A DNA stretch of 64,000 bases from Felis catus. Taxonomy: Eukaryota. The stretch is from NCBI RefSeq assembly GCF_018350175.1, contig NC_058368.1, positions 131,938,001 through 132,002,000 on the forward strand, given 5' to 3'. The position numbers and the translations under genes are program-made. Numbering within the stretch: the first letter of the stretch is position 1; each line of letters opens with the position of its first letter. Below are positions 62,330-64,000 of the stretch, in pieces. Below the pieces are notes generated by a model. The model searched no databases. It was not told the DNA's origin and saw nothing but the letters and a program-made list of their open reading frames with translations.

Positions 62330-64000
62330 TTTGTGGTTATAATGCAATCTATATAAAAAACATTGAAAAAGGACCGGAAATAAAAAATCATTAGTAATTT
62401 CATACCCTACAGAGAATCATCATTAATCCTTTTGTCTATACCTATATTACACTTTTCTCAAGAATGGAAAAATTTATTTGATTTTTCATTAGGAGTCTTT
62501 CATGAGTGAATAATCCAATAGTTATATATTTTGTAAGTCCACTGTTATCTCCTTAGGTTAAAGGAAGTGAAACTGTTAAGTATTTTTTTATAATTTACAA
62601 ACAAGAAATTGCATAGTTCTTATTTGTTAATTTTGATGAATTTTCAAAATCGTACATACCCATGTAAACACCACCAAAACAAGATCTAGAACATTTACAT
62701 CACCCCCGAAAGTTCCCTCATGCCCCTTTCAAACAGTTCCCTCCCCCAGATCAATGTGATTTTTGTCAGCTCAAGTGTGTCTTTATAACATCTTTGCTAG
62801 ATTGCATTCCAGAAGGTTAAATCATTTATACCTGTACCAGTAATGTATGAAGTGGCTGGTTTCTCCTTATGCTAAGTATCATGTATGTGTATGTTGTAAT
62901 ATATCATAGGTAACAGATATAGATACATTAATCTTTGCCAGTTTCTACTTTGTATTATCTTGTATTTCTTTGTTTACTGATGAAGTTGAACTTTTAAAAA
63001 TGTGTTAACTGGCCATTTATATTTCATCATTCTTGTGGCGGTGGTGATTAAGTGTATAAGGCTTTTTTTTTATTAAGTGTATAGTCTAATATGATTATAT
63101 ATTTCTTACTGCTTTGCAAAAGCTCTTTAATATTAAGGAATTTGGGGCGCCTAGGTGGCTCAGTCAGTAGAGCGTCCAACAATGGCTCAGGTAATGATCT
63201 TGTAGTTCGTGGGTTTGAGCCCCGCGTTGGGCTCTGTGCTAACAGCTCAGAGCCTGGAGTCTGCTTCAGATTCTGTGTCTCCCTCTCTCTCTGCCCCTCC
63301 CCCCACTCATGCTCACTCGCTCTCTCTCAAAAATAAACATTAAAAAAATTAAAAATATTAAGGATATTATTTTTTGTTTTAAATATTTTTACTAGTTTGT
63401 CATTACCTAACAATTTGTTTGTGAGGGGTTTGCTTAGTTTTGTTTTGGCTTTGTTTTTAACATGGAGTTTTAAATGTGTATTTATAAATCTGCCAATCTT
63501 GCTCTTCATGTTTTTGGCCCAGCATCATTCTTTAAATTTTTATAATCCCAGGATTATATAAATACCTAGTTATATCTTTCTCTAGTATTTTTGTGGTTTT
63601 ATTTTCATTTTTAATTTACATCTTTAATCTACCTGGAAATTATTATTTGGTGTATTATATTAGGTTACTCTTATAACTTTTTTTTTTTTTTTTGTATATT
63701 ACTAACTTCCACAAGTGAATAATCCTTTGTTTTTCCCCACTGATACTACACATGTCCTTTATCGTATACTAAGGGCCTAGAAATATTTTGGGGTCAGTTT
63801 CATCATTTTACAAGGATTTTTCTGTCTATTCCTGTGTCAGTACCTCACTGCTAAATTATTACAGCCATATAATACTATTTAATATCTGGTAAGCAAGTTG
63901 GATCTCTATTGTTCAACACATATTTTTACTTTAAAAGTTTAAGCAACTGGATAATGTGCTCCATTTGTATTTTCTTTGAGTAAACCACACCTGGAAAAAT
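62330..64000 (-). mobile_element. Degraded old L1 (L1ME-like) containing a SINEC (63143-63352, +)
   Basis: Antisense L1 motifs; SINE TSD aatattaagga. Confidence 0.7.

Noticed and set aside
1785..63352. tRNA-like heads and recurring MAQ...SSPASGS ORFs
   Set aside because: tRNA-derived SINEs with CT-rich bodies, A-tails and TSDs; not tRNA genes or proteins.
1..64000. CRISPR arrays, rRNA, operons or a CpG-island promoter
   Set aside because: None seen; AT-rich, CpG-depleted mammalian intronic DNA.

Overview
Mammalian nuclear DNA from a felid (many tRNA-derived carnivore SINEs, including near-intact young SINEC_Fc-type copies). It lies inside the + strand spliceosomal cyclophilin gene CWC27: two late coding exons (47957-48066, 52124-52227) in otherwise intronic sequence rich in SINEC, L1, L2, MIR, an MLT2 LTR and DNA-transposon remnants. 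Most ORFs in the track are repeat or microsatellite artefacts. Main discovery: the non-repetitive intronic islands, read on the - strand, assemble into two tandem, decayed multi-exon genes, A (~62054 to 37023) and B (~27373 to 19590 or lower). Both have a Kozak ATG and signal peptide, mostly phase-compatible GT-AG exons, a cysteine hinge, an Ig domain and a transmembrane/basic tail; A also has FN3-like exons. The architecture resembles the IZUMO1/SPACA6/TMEM95 gamete-fusion superfamily. This is a by-eye reconstruction using reference sequences recalled from memory, and it needs HMM and synteny confirmation. Other oddities: a perfect 34-bp fold-back repeat, a dispersed SINE-containing duplication, a templated insertion inside an L1, a likely L1 3' transduction, and one target site hit repeatedly by SINEs.
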